From Pseudogymnoascus verrucosus (lineage: Eukaryota), in assembly GCA_001662655.1 (NCBI GenBank), contig KV460289.1: a stretch of DNA of 20,000 nt. One strand, written 5' to 3'. The position numbers were made by a program, and so were the translations under genes. Within the stretch, counting starts at the first letter, position 1. The number at the start of each line of letters is the position of its first letter. Of the stretch, positions 1-9,769 are shown one piece after another. The notes under the pieces were generated by a model that searched no databases, was not told the origin of the DNA, and saw only the letters and a list, made by a program, of their open reading frames with translations.

Positions 1-622
1 TAAAAAAAGAAGGCTAATAACTTGCTCATGCCTGACTGCCATTGGTTACAGTGGACACAGGAAATGGACAATGTCTTGGGTGATGGATGCCCAGACGCTT
101 TCGGCATGAACTCGGCCATGGCTACTGGCGGCCACCAACAAGGTTACTGTAGTGCTGTACTCCGTAGTGAGGAAAAGTGGTGTGAGGGGTGGAGATTTGA
201 TCCGTTGGTTTTTCTGATGATCTGATGATCTGATTAGATACTGGACCGCCCGTCCAATTCCGTCGTTGGCTGCTTGGTCGTGTGTGGGTTGGTGTGTGAC
301 GGGAATTTCCGGCTATGCACTAGCGATGGGATTTCTGCAGTGACGAAACGCCATGAAATGTTTACGGGCTAGATGTTGGCGAATGAGCGATTAAAGGCCA
401 AGCCACGAAAAGAGTGATGGACCAACGGGGGAAGAGATGAAGCTATGGCAAGCCACGTTCGCGCACTCCGAGGACGGGGCGGGGCGGGGTGTTGCGATGG
501 TGCTACTGTAATTCTACGGAGTACTGTAAATGGGAGAGTGGGATGGGCTTGGTGGGTGTGGGAATTTGTTTGATTGGGAGGAGATGGGAGGAGATGGGAG
601 GCTAGGGAGGAGATTGGGGGGG

Positions 623-631
623 ATCTGATAA
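623..631 (+). promoter_or_regulatory. SreA/Sre1 iron-repressor GATA box (ATCTGATAA)
   Basis: GGATCTGATAA at 621-631 is an exact match to the ATCWGATAA consensus of the fungal iron-responsive GATA repressor SreA/Sre1, and lies upstream of a siderophore transporter. Confidence 0.75.
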
Positions 632-771
632 TGTTGGGTGGAAGTGTGGTGGTACTGGCGGTGGTACTACTAGTGGGAATAGTGGGAATAGTGGGAGGGG
701 CAGGGAAGGGAAAGGATCTGATTACGTGTGTGTGTTGATGCCCGGATGGGTAGGAGCAAGGGTCTGGCAGG

Positions 772-780
772 ATCTGATAA
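772..780 (+). promoter_or_regulatory. SreA/Sre1 GATA box (ATCTGATAA)
   Basis: Second exact GGATCTGATAA copy at 770-780. One-mismatch variants ATCTGATTA occur at 716-724 and 228-236. Confidence 0.75.
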
Positions 781-1235
781 GCGATATTTTGTTGTTTAGT
801 TATTTGGTTATGGGGGGGGAGGGGGGATGAAGGGTCGTCTTAAGGGTATTAAGGGTCTATGGGGGATTGTTATGATGATGATGGTAAGTGTAGTATGATG
901 GTATAAGGGTAAAGGGTCTACGAAGGATGAGATAAAAAAGTCCAACAGTACATCCACCACCACACAAGGATCACAGCATCTCATGTGCAAACCAGACACT
1001 TAGTTTCTCTTTTCTCCGATCAAACTAACTAGCACATGCCTCTCTTGGCTGCTAGCTAGCTGGGCTGCTAGCGGAAAAGAGAAAAAAACAGCGTGGGTGT
1101 GGGTGTGTGGGTGGGCGTATGTGGGCATGGCCGTACATGTCGACGAGGTTGTAGTGGGTCCCCCAGCATCAAAGCTATGTAATATACGGTAAACACGGTA
1201 ATACTATAACAAGGGGATCGGCACTCTGCAAAATC

Positions 1236-1244
1236 TTATCAGAT
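1236..1244 (-). promoter_or_regulatory. SreA/Sre1 GATA box, reverse orientation
   Basis: TTATCAGATCC at 1236-1246 is GGATCTGATAA on the minus strand, about 215 bp upstream of the ATG at 1461. Confidence 0.75.
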
Positions 1245-1360
1245 CCGCTGCGTCCCTTCCCTCTCCGTCCTGCTCGTCGTAGTCGTGCATTTTGTCTTGT
1301 CTTGTTTGTTCTGCTTCTTGATCCCTCTCTCTCTCACTCACTCTCGCCGTCGCATTGTAT

Positions 1361-1396
1361 CACTCAGTCTCACCCAGTCTCACCCAGTCTCACCCA
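1361..1396 (+). repeat. 10-bp tandem repeat (CACCCAGTCT)x~3.5 in the presumed 5' UTR
   Basis: cactcagtct cacccagtct cacccagtct caccca, read directly. Confidence 0.85.
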
Positions 1397-1460
1397 CCTA
1401 CCCCGCCGGTGCTACCTCCCACACACGCACACCCACGCCGCGGGCCCGGATCAGCCAGCC

Positions 1461-3756
1461 ATGTCGTGGTCCAAGATCTTCTCCGAGAAGAAGAGGTCGT
1501 CGCAGGAGGAGCCAGATCTGTCGCAGTCACAAGAGCAACAAGAGCCAAAGCACGAGATCTCCGACTCCGAGCCACGCACCTCCGACGACAGCTCTAAGCA
1601 CATCTATGGCGCCAAGTCGCTGGGTGTCAAGCGCATCGAGGCTATCTCAGCGCAGTTCACGGGGTTGGATAAGATTGTGCTGTTTTTCAGCATCTTTCTC
1701 GTCGCGTATGCGTATGGGCTTGATGGGACGATTAGGTATACTTACCAGGTGAGTCTTTTGTGTGGTGGTGGTGGTAGTGTTTGAGAAGGGCATTTTTTTG
1801 GGTGGTGGTGTTGTTTGTGCTGGTGTTTGAGAAGGTCAATTTCTAGGTGGTGTTGGGAGAGGATTGATTGGCACTGAACAACAAAATGAGAAGGAGCGAT
1901 GAATGGTATGGATAGAGCAATGCTGACTTCTTTCCCCCCCACAGCCACTTGCGACAGCCAGCTTTAGTCAACACAGTCTGCTAGCCACCGTCACCGTCCT
2001 GCGTTCCATCATTGGCGCGGCAGCACAGGTAAGCAAGACCCAATGGACGGAAAACGAAGCAATTCTAACCATTTCAAACTTATAGCCGGCAGCAGCCAAG
2101 ATTGCCGATGTGTTTGGTCGCGTCGAGCTCGTTATCATCGGCATTTTCTTCTATGCCCTCGGCACCATCGTCGAGGCTGTCTCGACCGGCGTCTCTTCCT
2201 TCGCGGCGGGCGCGGTGCTGTATCAGGTATGCCCTGCCCATCATTCCCATACGAAACACATCTAACCAGCACAGGTTGGCTACACCGTCATCATGCTCCT
2301 CGCTGAAGTCCTCATCGCGGATCTGACATCTCTCCGCTCGCGTCTGTTCTTCTCATACCTCCCCGCAGCCCCATTCCTCGTGAGTCCCCTTCCTCCCCCG
2401 CCACCTCTACCCGACCAACCTACTCACATGACTAGATCAACACCTGGGTCAGCGGTGATGTCACCGCCGCTGTCTTGGCAAAAGCAGGCTGGCGATGGGG
2501 TGTCGGCATGTGGGCGCTCATCTTCCCCGTCTGTGCCATGCCCCTCCTCATCACCCTCCTCCTGGCCGGCCGCCGTGCCGACCGCGCCGGCAAGCTCGCC
2601 TCCTTCAAGACGCCCTTCCAGGCCCTCGGCTGGAAGCAGTTCCTCATCGAGCTATTCCTGCAACTTGACGTCGTAGGCATCATCCTCATCATCGCCGTCT
2701 TTTCCCTCATTCTCGTTCCCCTCACCCTCGCCGGCGGCGTCAAGGAGACCTGGAAGACCGCGCACATCATCGCGCCCCTCGTCATCGGCGTCTTCACTAT
2801 TCCCGTCTTCATCCTCTGGGAGAAGAACTGCAAGCACCCTATGGTCCCCTTCCGCCTCCTTAAGGACCGCGGTGTTTGGAGCGCCCTGCTCGTCGCTATC
2901 ATGCTCAACACGGCTTGGTACATGCAGGGTGACTACCTGTACACCGTCCTCATTGTGGCGTTTGGCGAGTCCGTTAAGTCGGCTACGCGCATCACATCGC
3001 TGTACAGCTTCGTCTCCGTCATCACGGGGTTGATCACCGGTATCGTCGTCCGCTTCGTCCACTACCTCAAGCCTTTCATCGTTGCCGGCACCGCCCTCTT
3101 CACCGTCGCCTTCGGTCTGCTCATCCACTACCGTGGCGGCACCGGTGGCGCAAACCACTCCGGTATTATTGGCGCACAGGTCCTCCTCGGTATCGCAGGT
3201 GGTCTGTTCCCCTACACCGCACAGGCCAGTATCCAAGCCGCCACCAAGCACGAGCGTAAGTCCCCCCCCCACTCTCCCTACCATCTCTACCAAGTAGCTT
3301 AAACTAACCCCCTCCCCCTTAGACGTCGCCGTCATAACCGGCCTCTACCTCGCCAACTACTACGTCGGCGGCGCCTTCGGCAACGCCATCTCCGGCGCTA
3401 TCTGGACGCAAGTCCTCCCCGGCAAGCTGGCCTCCCATCTCTCCCTCGTCACCTCGGACGCTGCCCTCGCCGTCAGCGCGTACGGCAACCCGTTCGCGTT
3501 CATTGAGGAGTTTCCCGTTGGTACGCCGGAGCGGGGGGCGGTCATCGCGTCGTACCAGGAGACGCAGAGGTTGTTGTGTATTACGGGGATTTGTCTGAGT
3601 GTGCCGTTGATTGTGTTTGGGTTGCTCACGAGGAATCCGAAGTTGGGGAAGGAGCAGAGCTTGAAGGATGCGGAGAGGTTTGATAGTAGTGTTGAGAGTG
3701 TGGTGGAGCCGGTTGAGAGGGGGGAGGTGGTGGAGGGGGAGAAGGTTGGTAACTAA
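1461..3756 (+). CDS. SIT1: Siderophore-iron transporter, MFS SIT/ARN family; exons 1461-1748, 1945-2028, 2086-2226, 2275-2379, 2436-3255, 3323-3756 (1872 nt, 623 aa)
   Basis: All five introns are GT..AG (donors GTGAGT/GTAAGC/GTATGC/GTGAGT/GTAAGT) with CTGAC/CTAAC/CTCAC-type branch sites, and splicing gives one open frame. Motifs typical of Sit1/Arn: [170 protein letters not shown]. Confidence 0.93.
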
Positions 3757-4227
3757 CTAGTTGCGGGAAAAAGGGGTTGTAGATTACTTTAATTTATTTT
3801 GTTTGGGAGGGGAATGGGGGATTGTTGTAGAATAGGGTTCATATGGGGGTGTATTTAATGGGATTATCATACTATTTATTAGCTCTTTCAAGGGCGTCAT
3901 CATCATTTATATTTACTCGTACGATGGCTTAAGAGGGAGCGAAAAATATATTTACCATCTCCTCCCATAACCCGCATCTAGCCATCACAACATCGCCCGC
4001 CGACGATGAGCGATGAGCGACACGGGGACGGTTAAAAAAAATCGTCTATAAAGCAGTGACAACGCTTCGAAGAATCCCGTCTCCTTAGGTCAAATCAGCA
4101 GTAGACCTCATCGAGAATGGAAATAAGATGCTTGTGGCATGTGGGAGTTTTTTTTTGGTTTTGTTTTTGTTTATACGGAAGTCAGTTCGCGGGGGTTTTT
4201 CCCCCCTGCAGTTGATGATATTTACCC

Positions 4228-4255
4228 GCTGTCTGCTGTCTGCTGTCTGCTGTCT
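4228..4255 (+). repeat. (GCTGTCT)4 heptanucleotide repeat
   Basis: Four perfect copies, read directly. Confidence 0.9.
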
Positions 4256-5299
4256 CTCGTGTTTTTTTTTCTCGTTGTTAAACGGGGGTTTCTCGTTCGC
4301 CATCTCGCTGTCGTCCTAGGCCTTCTCGTCACTGCCGGATCATCTCATCACCGCTGCTGAGCTGTCTACTCTCTGAAATGATGTTGATGCGTAGTGCGCG
4401 TGTGTTGTAATGAACCCCACCTCAAACTAAACCCCCGTTGTCGTCCGCGCCACGCTCCTGTTCCAACAGATTTTACCATCTGGTTGGTGGCGCGAGATGG
4501 TTTGTGTGGGGGATGGGGGAGTTATGTATGGAGATCGCATGAGGTGGATGGGTGGGATTTTTGGTTGTTGCGTGGATTTAGGGAGGGGGGTTGTGGAGTG
4601 CGGAGATGGGGAAGCTTCGAGCTGGTGGTGGGGAGGGAGGATGGGGAGGGAGTATGTTTTCCCTGCTGCTGTATGTCATGGGGATCTCGGTATGGGATGA
4701 TGACTTACCTTTGTGATCATGCCGTTTGGTTTGTTGAGTATGCTCTTTTCCGGCAGTAGGGGTTTCCCCTCGGATTTGACGCACCTTGGTTCCATGTCCT
4801 GGGGGTGTTTGATATGGAGCGAGGCGACGTGATCACAACGCGTTTGTGTGTGCCGATTCTTGTATAAACGCCTGCGCCAGCGTGGGTTCTGATTTTTTTT
4901 GTTTGGTGTTCCCGCGTAGAGGTATGATTGATGCCGCCGAGAAGATGGGGGGTGGGCTGTGTCGAGCAGGGGAAAATCGGTTTGTTGTGGGCTTACCTGG
5001 TTTTAATTTCGGTGATTGTCTGTGAGGATCTTCCTGTCGAGTTTTCCCATGGCTCCTTCAGCCTCGCATTGTGATGTTTGACCAGGCGGCTACAGTACGC
5101 ATGGCACTGTTCAGTCTTATACAGTTTGTGCGGTCACATTGGGTTTGTGTAGATTTGCCAAGTTCCGCTCCCATTGATTGTCCTTGTATCGATAACCCTA
5201 CCACCACCCACAACCGTCGCGCCCACTCCTCTATATAATCCCCCAGCCCAGCACGCCCTTTCAATCCAAAGTCCAAAATCCCCCCAAAAAATATATATA

Positions 5300-5347
5300 A
5301 CGTGGGTGGACATGACCCTGCGCACGACAGGACCCTGCGCACTTTTC
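5300..5347 (+). repeat. Left TIR ACGTGGGTGGACATGACCCTGCGCACGACAGGACCCTGCGCACTTTTC
   Basis: Exact reverse complement of 7112-7159. Contains the direct repeat GACCCTGCGCAC twice, the likely transposase-binding sites. Confidence 0.96.
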
Positions 5348-5405
5348 CTTGGCATTAAACTTTGAATATTAATAAATCAACCACAACACATTAAATTAAC
5401 TATAA

Positions 5406-7061
5406 CTAAAAGGAATCAGATGAACTAGATATATCTACAGCTTCTTGACAAGTTCGTACGTTATGACCGGCTTTTCTGCAGATCCCACAGCGCCGCCTAG
5501 ACTGTTGCCCCTCCCTACGACTACCCCCTGCCGCACGTACGTCGCGTCGTATCTGCTCATCTACGTCCTCCTGTACAATAATATCCTGTGCATCCTCTAC
5601 TATAAGTGCACCCCCTTCACGGACACGAGCCTTTTTAGCCCTACGGCGTTTGCTAAGGGCTTTATTAGCCGCTTGAAGGGTACGCACCTTAGCGGACAGA
5701 AGGGTGTTCTTATAGGCTAGTCGCTCTGTACCCTTTGCTAGCGCAACAACTGTCTCAAAAAGTGGAGTTGGCGAGCTCCCTTAGTGACGGGCAATCCGAT
5801 TTCGAACAAGTGTTGTTTGTGAAAGAGCCTCAGTTGGGTTAGAAGGGGTCTAGGAGACCTAAGGGGTAGTGTTAGCAGTAGAGGGTCTAGAGGGAGTTGG
5901 AGTTCGTAACTTCACGTCAAGCTTTGAAAGCACTGCTTGCGGGTCAAAAGGCACTAAGCTAGCTCTACGGAATCTAGCCTGACAGTTTTGGGCTGTCATT
6001 GACTCTTTGTATGCTGCTGTAAAGGCTAGAAAGAACTCTACCTTCGTGATATGGTTAATATAGGCTTTGATAAACGTCTCAATCTGCCGACCGTACGCCC
6101 GCTTTAACACACTAAAGCACCCGACATCAAGTGGCTAGGTTAAATGAGACAAGTAAGAAGGTAGTCTAAGAGTTATAATGTTGTGTGACTTGCAGTACTC
6201 TTAGAACTTAGCCGATTTGTGACTCTTATGCCCATCTAAGACTAGTATTCGATATGGACCCCTTGCACGAGCAGTAGTGTGTTTATCGAAGTGTTTTAGC
6301 CATTCTAGACCTGTCTCATTATTCGTCTATCCATTACTTGTCGGTTTGATAACCTAGTTAGGTGGGAGGCCACCGTCTATATACTAATTTAAAAGGTGGT
6401 TCTTGCCCTAAACTACTAGAAATGGAGGAACACTCTAGCCTTTACTATTAATATAAGCAATTGCTATAGCCCATTCCTAATTCCCTAGCTGAACTGCCTT
6501 GCCTCTGCCACGTCAATCTGCATAGGTTACAACCATTGTAGGGCAAATCACACCCATTATGAAGCTAGTTTCGTTAAAGTTATAGAAGTCGCAGTCTAAA
6601 ACCCCGTATTTTGCCCTTATATTTTCCACTAGTTGAAACCACGCGCCAATTAGCTTAGGATCTTCGCATAAGGCCCTTTAGAAATCATAAACGCGATTAA
6701 AACGCGTCTTAAGGGCTAGTTGTCGTTGTATAAACCGCTGTGCCTAGCGGCCTCCAACACGCGTCCCCCCACGCGATTCAAGAATAAAATTGGCCATATC
6801 TTCCACACTAGCTAGCCGGGGTGCAAACCCTCTAGAATCTAGCTCAAGTATATTCCGAACAATCACTTCCTCCTCTAACTTGGACAATTTGATATTTGCT
6901 GGCCGTCGCTCGGGGAGGGGAAGGTGGCCGTTCATTCTAAGCCTAAGTGACGATTCGGGAACTTTATAGAGCTTTGTAGCAGCTCGACGGCTTAGCTTTC
7001 TAGACGTTCGAATAGCCTCGATAGCTAGAATGATTTTTGCTTCTTTGGTAATAACTAACAT
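5406..7061 (-). pseudogene. Pogo/Fot1 DDE transposase pseudogene (552 codons, single frame, multiple nonsense codons)
   Basis: ORF pieces 6744-7061, 5859-6110 and 5406-5687 share one frame. N-terminal HTH_psq-like region (EAKIILAIEAIR..LSRRAATKLYKVPESSLRLRMNG), CENP-B-like HTH, DDE motifs NFNETSFIMG, LVLDGHKSH and SHLT*PLDVG, and C-terminal Zn knuckle CGICRKAGHNVRTC. Confidence 0.95.
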
Positions 7062-7111
7062 AGTGGAAGGTGGATAAAACGCGTTCTAAAGTAAGAGGGT
7101 GGGGAATTCGC

Positions 7112-7159
7112 GAAAAGTGCGCAGGGTCCTGTCGTGCGCAGGGTCATGTCCACCCACGT
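7112..7159 (-). repeat. Right TIR of the pogo element
   Basis: GAAAAGTGCGCAGGGTCCTGTCGTGCGCAGGGTCATGTCCACCCACGT followed by TA. Confidence 0.96.
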
Positions 7160-7210
7160 TATACCAAAAAATTAGCAAAAATAAAGGGTTTTGTAAATTG
7201 ACCGTTCGGC

Positions 7211-7283
7211 AGGTCCTACCGAGATTCGAACTCAGGTCCCCGGAATCAGAATCCGATGTGATAACCAACTACACTATAGAACC
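7211..7283 (-). tRNA. tRNA-Gln(CTG), intronless, copy 1
   Basis: Minus strand reads GGTTCTATAGTGTAGTTGGTTATCACATCGGATTCTGATTCCGGGGACCTGAGTTCGAATCTCGGTAGGACCT. It has acceptor stem GGTTCTA/TAGGACC, an A-box, anticodon arm TCGGA-TTCTGAT-TCCGG and T-loop TTCGAAT. A T5 Pol III terminator lies at 7177-7181. Confidence 0.96.
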
Positions 7284-7415
7284 CCTTTTTATGGTCGAAT
7301 CCCTCCGCATTCTGTGTCTTTGAATCACCTAAAATTTCTGAAATCGATATAAAAAAAAATGAAAACCTAAAAAAATTAGACAAAAAATAAAGGGTTTTGT
7401 AAATTGACCAACGGC

Positions 7416-7488
7416 AGGTCCTACCGAGATTCGAACTCAGGTCCCCGGAATCAGAATCCGATGTGATAACCAACTACACTATAGAACC
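7416..7488 (-). tRNA. tRNA-Gln(CTG), intronless, copy 2
   Basis: Identical 73 nt to copy 1, at a 205-bp period. T6 terminator at 7382-7387. Confidence 0.96.
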
Positions 7489-8520
7489 CCTTTTTTGTGG
7501 TCGATGCTCGGTTATTGTGGGACTTGAGGGTTTGCATGTTTGGTGTGGGGATAGGGCTTTTTTGCTGCCGATTGGATGGATGGCTTGGCACTTTCCTCAT
7601 ATAACGAACGAACGCTCTTCAAAATCTATATATCCACTGAGATTGTTGGGGTCTTTATATATTTTTCACTTTTGGGGTTTTTGCATTTTTTTTGGAATTT
7701 ATACGATTTGTATATGCAACAATTTACATTATCAAACTGGTAGAAATACCAACGTAGACGGAGCGCTTTGGTCTAGTTGTCAGAGTCACTTTCTTCAAGC
7801 CTCTATAGCGCGGTGTACTCGATCGCCTTGACGATGGAAAGGCACAATCAGGCTTTCGAAAGCCTTATACCATGGATTGTTTTAAAACGGTTTTCCATGG
7901 CATCGTTGCCTTATGCGCTATTTCGGTGCGTGGGAACTTGATGCAGAAGATGCCACAAAGCACGAACAGATGCTATCCCGCCTAATTGGGAAATTATCTT
8001 ATGGCTATATGGTCTATTTATTTCAAACCCATCCCATTTAATATGGACGACAAACCAACGCCGACGACAGTAGAACTGGGCCTGAGGAGTTTAAGAATTA
8101 ACTGAATACGTACGAATTAAATTGTTTCCTTGTCTTAGCTAGCTGGGTATCATCTCTCTCCTTTTCCTCATCTACCCGTGTTGGCCCGACTATTGGGGGG
8201 GTTCTACGTATCTAGTCGTCGGCGTGAACATACCAGAGGTGTACGAAAGAGTTAGATATTCTCATCAGACCGCGCAAACTTGCCGTTCTCGAGAAGAAGA
8301 ACCTAAGGCACTGCCATATTCAAAATGTAGGCCTCCGCTCTAACCCGTAATTGGCTTTCTAACTCGGTATCCAAAGCAATCAGTCCGTCTGTTTCGAGAG
8401 GGTTATTATCCGCGTTCTCAAGGACACGCTTGGGGAAGAGCGCATACTCCCGACGTGACAGCGACACACGGACATGCAGAAAGCTACACGAGATACGATG
8501 ATGATGGAGAGCCGGTACCA

Positions 8521-8720
8521 CAATGGAGGACATGTGGAAGAGACGCAAGACGCGCTCTAAGTGCCCGGGAGAAGCCGCCCGCTCTCCCAAGGCAATTGCG
8601 ATCATCAATGGACCTTCGATGCAACAAAGGGGCATCTCCCAGGCCGGGAATTGTCGACGGTTTCGATGCCAATATCCCCGATGTGGTCTCCTCCATCCCC
8701 GAGACTCCTTATTGCGTACC
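8521..8720 (+). pseudogene. Probable decayed paralog (N-terminal fragment) of the 544-aa ORF family
   Basis: DARRAL..LPRQLRSSMDLRC-(frameshift)-RGI parallels DCESAL..LPENLGHLTVRLCLISGI with the same LP-x2-L-x7-C spacing. NIPDVVSSIPETPYC parallels DEVPGSELMGNKAFYPYC. Manual alignment only. Confidence 0.35.
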
Positions 8721-9769
8721 AATTCCCGCTACGGTTACGCTGGGAGCTTATTTCGAGGATACTACCTTCTCTTCCGTCCTCAAACCTGGGTTTGTTCTGC
8801 CTACTCGAAACACATATGGCTTCTTCCAAGGATAGCCCAGTCCTCACCATCGTCGTCTCTCCTGGCACCGTATATGGATTTTTCCCGCCTACACGCGCTT
8901 ATGCATCTTCGTAAACCACAAACGCGGTGTGTATTCATAATGGCATTAATCCAAACTCTCATGGGTCATCACGCAACAAGCTCTCATTATTCAGATGCTC
9001 AGGGATTTGCTTGGGGGATTTAGGAAGAGGTGCAGACGATGGACGCAGCTTCTCCATGGAAACAATCTTAAATAGCAGGCACATTGCAGAGATGTAGCTA
9101 GAATGATGGAATATTACTTCACCTCTAAAGTCGAACTAGTAGTGCGCTACTACTTGTGAAGCTTTTAGTAACATTTCAACTTCACCTCCTGTTGGTCAAC
9201 AACAGCCACACCTTATTTTTTGCTTACTCTCTTTCTATACTTGTACGTTTTCTCGAACTTCTATAACCTGCGTACCTTCACACTTGGAAATGGCAGATAG
9301 ACCGGTTCCCAAAACCGTTCCGATGGGCTTAATTAAGCTTGCGGCAGATGGAAGAATAGTATCCATTAACCACACAAACCCCACGGGGGAAGTAAGGGCT
9401 AGGAAAATAGCTGATAAGGAGGGAGTAGAAAGCTAAGAAAACATAGAATCTTCTACCACATATATTAGGTGTTCATCATTAGCGTACCGGTCATGAGCAT
9501 TCGGGCTGCCCACACGAGTGCGGCGCGCGCAACACGCAGTTCGCCTTCAATAACAAGTGGGCAAAGTTTATGTGCGACGAAGAAGCTCGTATATGAAGTT
9601 TTATTAATGGGGCGTTTTCAGATGATTTGCGTCGACAAGAAATACCACCCGTCATCATCCGCTCCTCCGTTCTTTCTACTAGATCAGTTCAACCATTGTC
9701 ACTTACTCCGCCACTTCATGTTGCAATCTCCTGGGGTTTACGACGCGTAAGGGCCTAGGATGCGTTCAA

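Larger units (their letters stand above)
5300..7159 (-). mobile_element. Fot1/Pot2-like pogo (Tc1-mariner superfamily) DNA transposon, 1860 bp, RIP-inactivated
   Basis: Perfect 48-bp TIRs (5300-5347 and 7112-7159), TA target duplication at 5298-5299 and 7160-7161, size typical of Pot2/Fot1 elements, and an internal transposase remnant. Confidence 0.96.

Noticed and set aside
254..617. CCAAT/CGAAT boxes (254, 380, 573-577 reverse, 613-617 reverse) as HapX-CBC bipartite sites
   Set aside because: None has the RWT submotif 12 nt downstream required by the CSAAT-N12-RWT consensus.
1285..1784. ORF-track ORFs starting at 1285, 1302 and 1355
   Set aside because: They use non-ATG starts in the UTR or alternative frames. 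The real start is ATG 1461 (GCCATG) and the frame leaves via the intron at 1749.
2432..3629. Minus-strand ORFs 2432-2923, 2652-3335 and 3360-3629
   Set aside because: Antisense shadows of the GC3-rich SIT1 coding sequence.
4085..5130. Possible spliced minus-strand transcript or snoRNA host (TATAAGA ~5120, donor-like CAG/GTAAGC ~4996 and AAG/GTAAGT ~4708, box-C-like GTGATGA 4345-4351)
   Set aside because: No convincing branch point/acceptor pairs, no coherent ORF, and no box D at a suitable distance with a terminal stem.
5058..7473. Duplicated ORF starts MRRVLSCAGSCPPTLY and MVITSDSDSGDLSSNLGRTCR
   Set aside because: They are translations of the transposon TIRs and of the two tRNA copies, not proteins.
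7211..7488. tRNA pair as attL/attR of an integrated island, or as a CRISPR-like repeat
   Set aside because: Both are complete tRNAs only 132 bp apart with no cargo between them. The context is eukaryotic and no third copy is present in the window.
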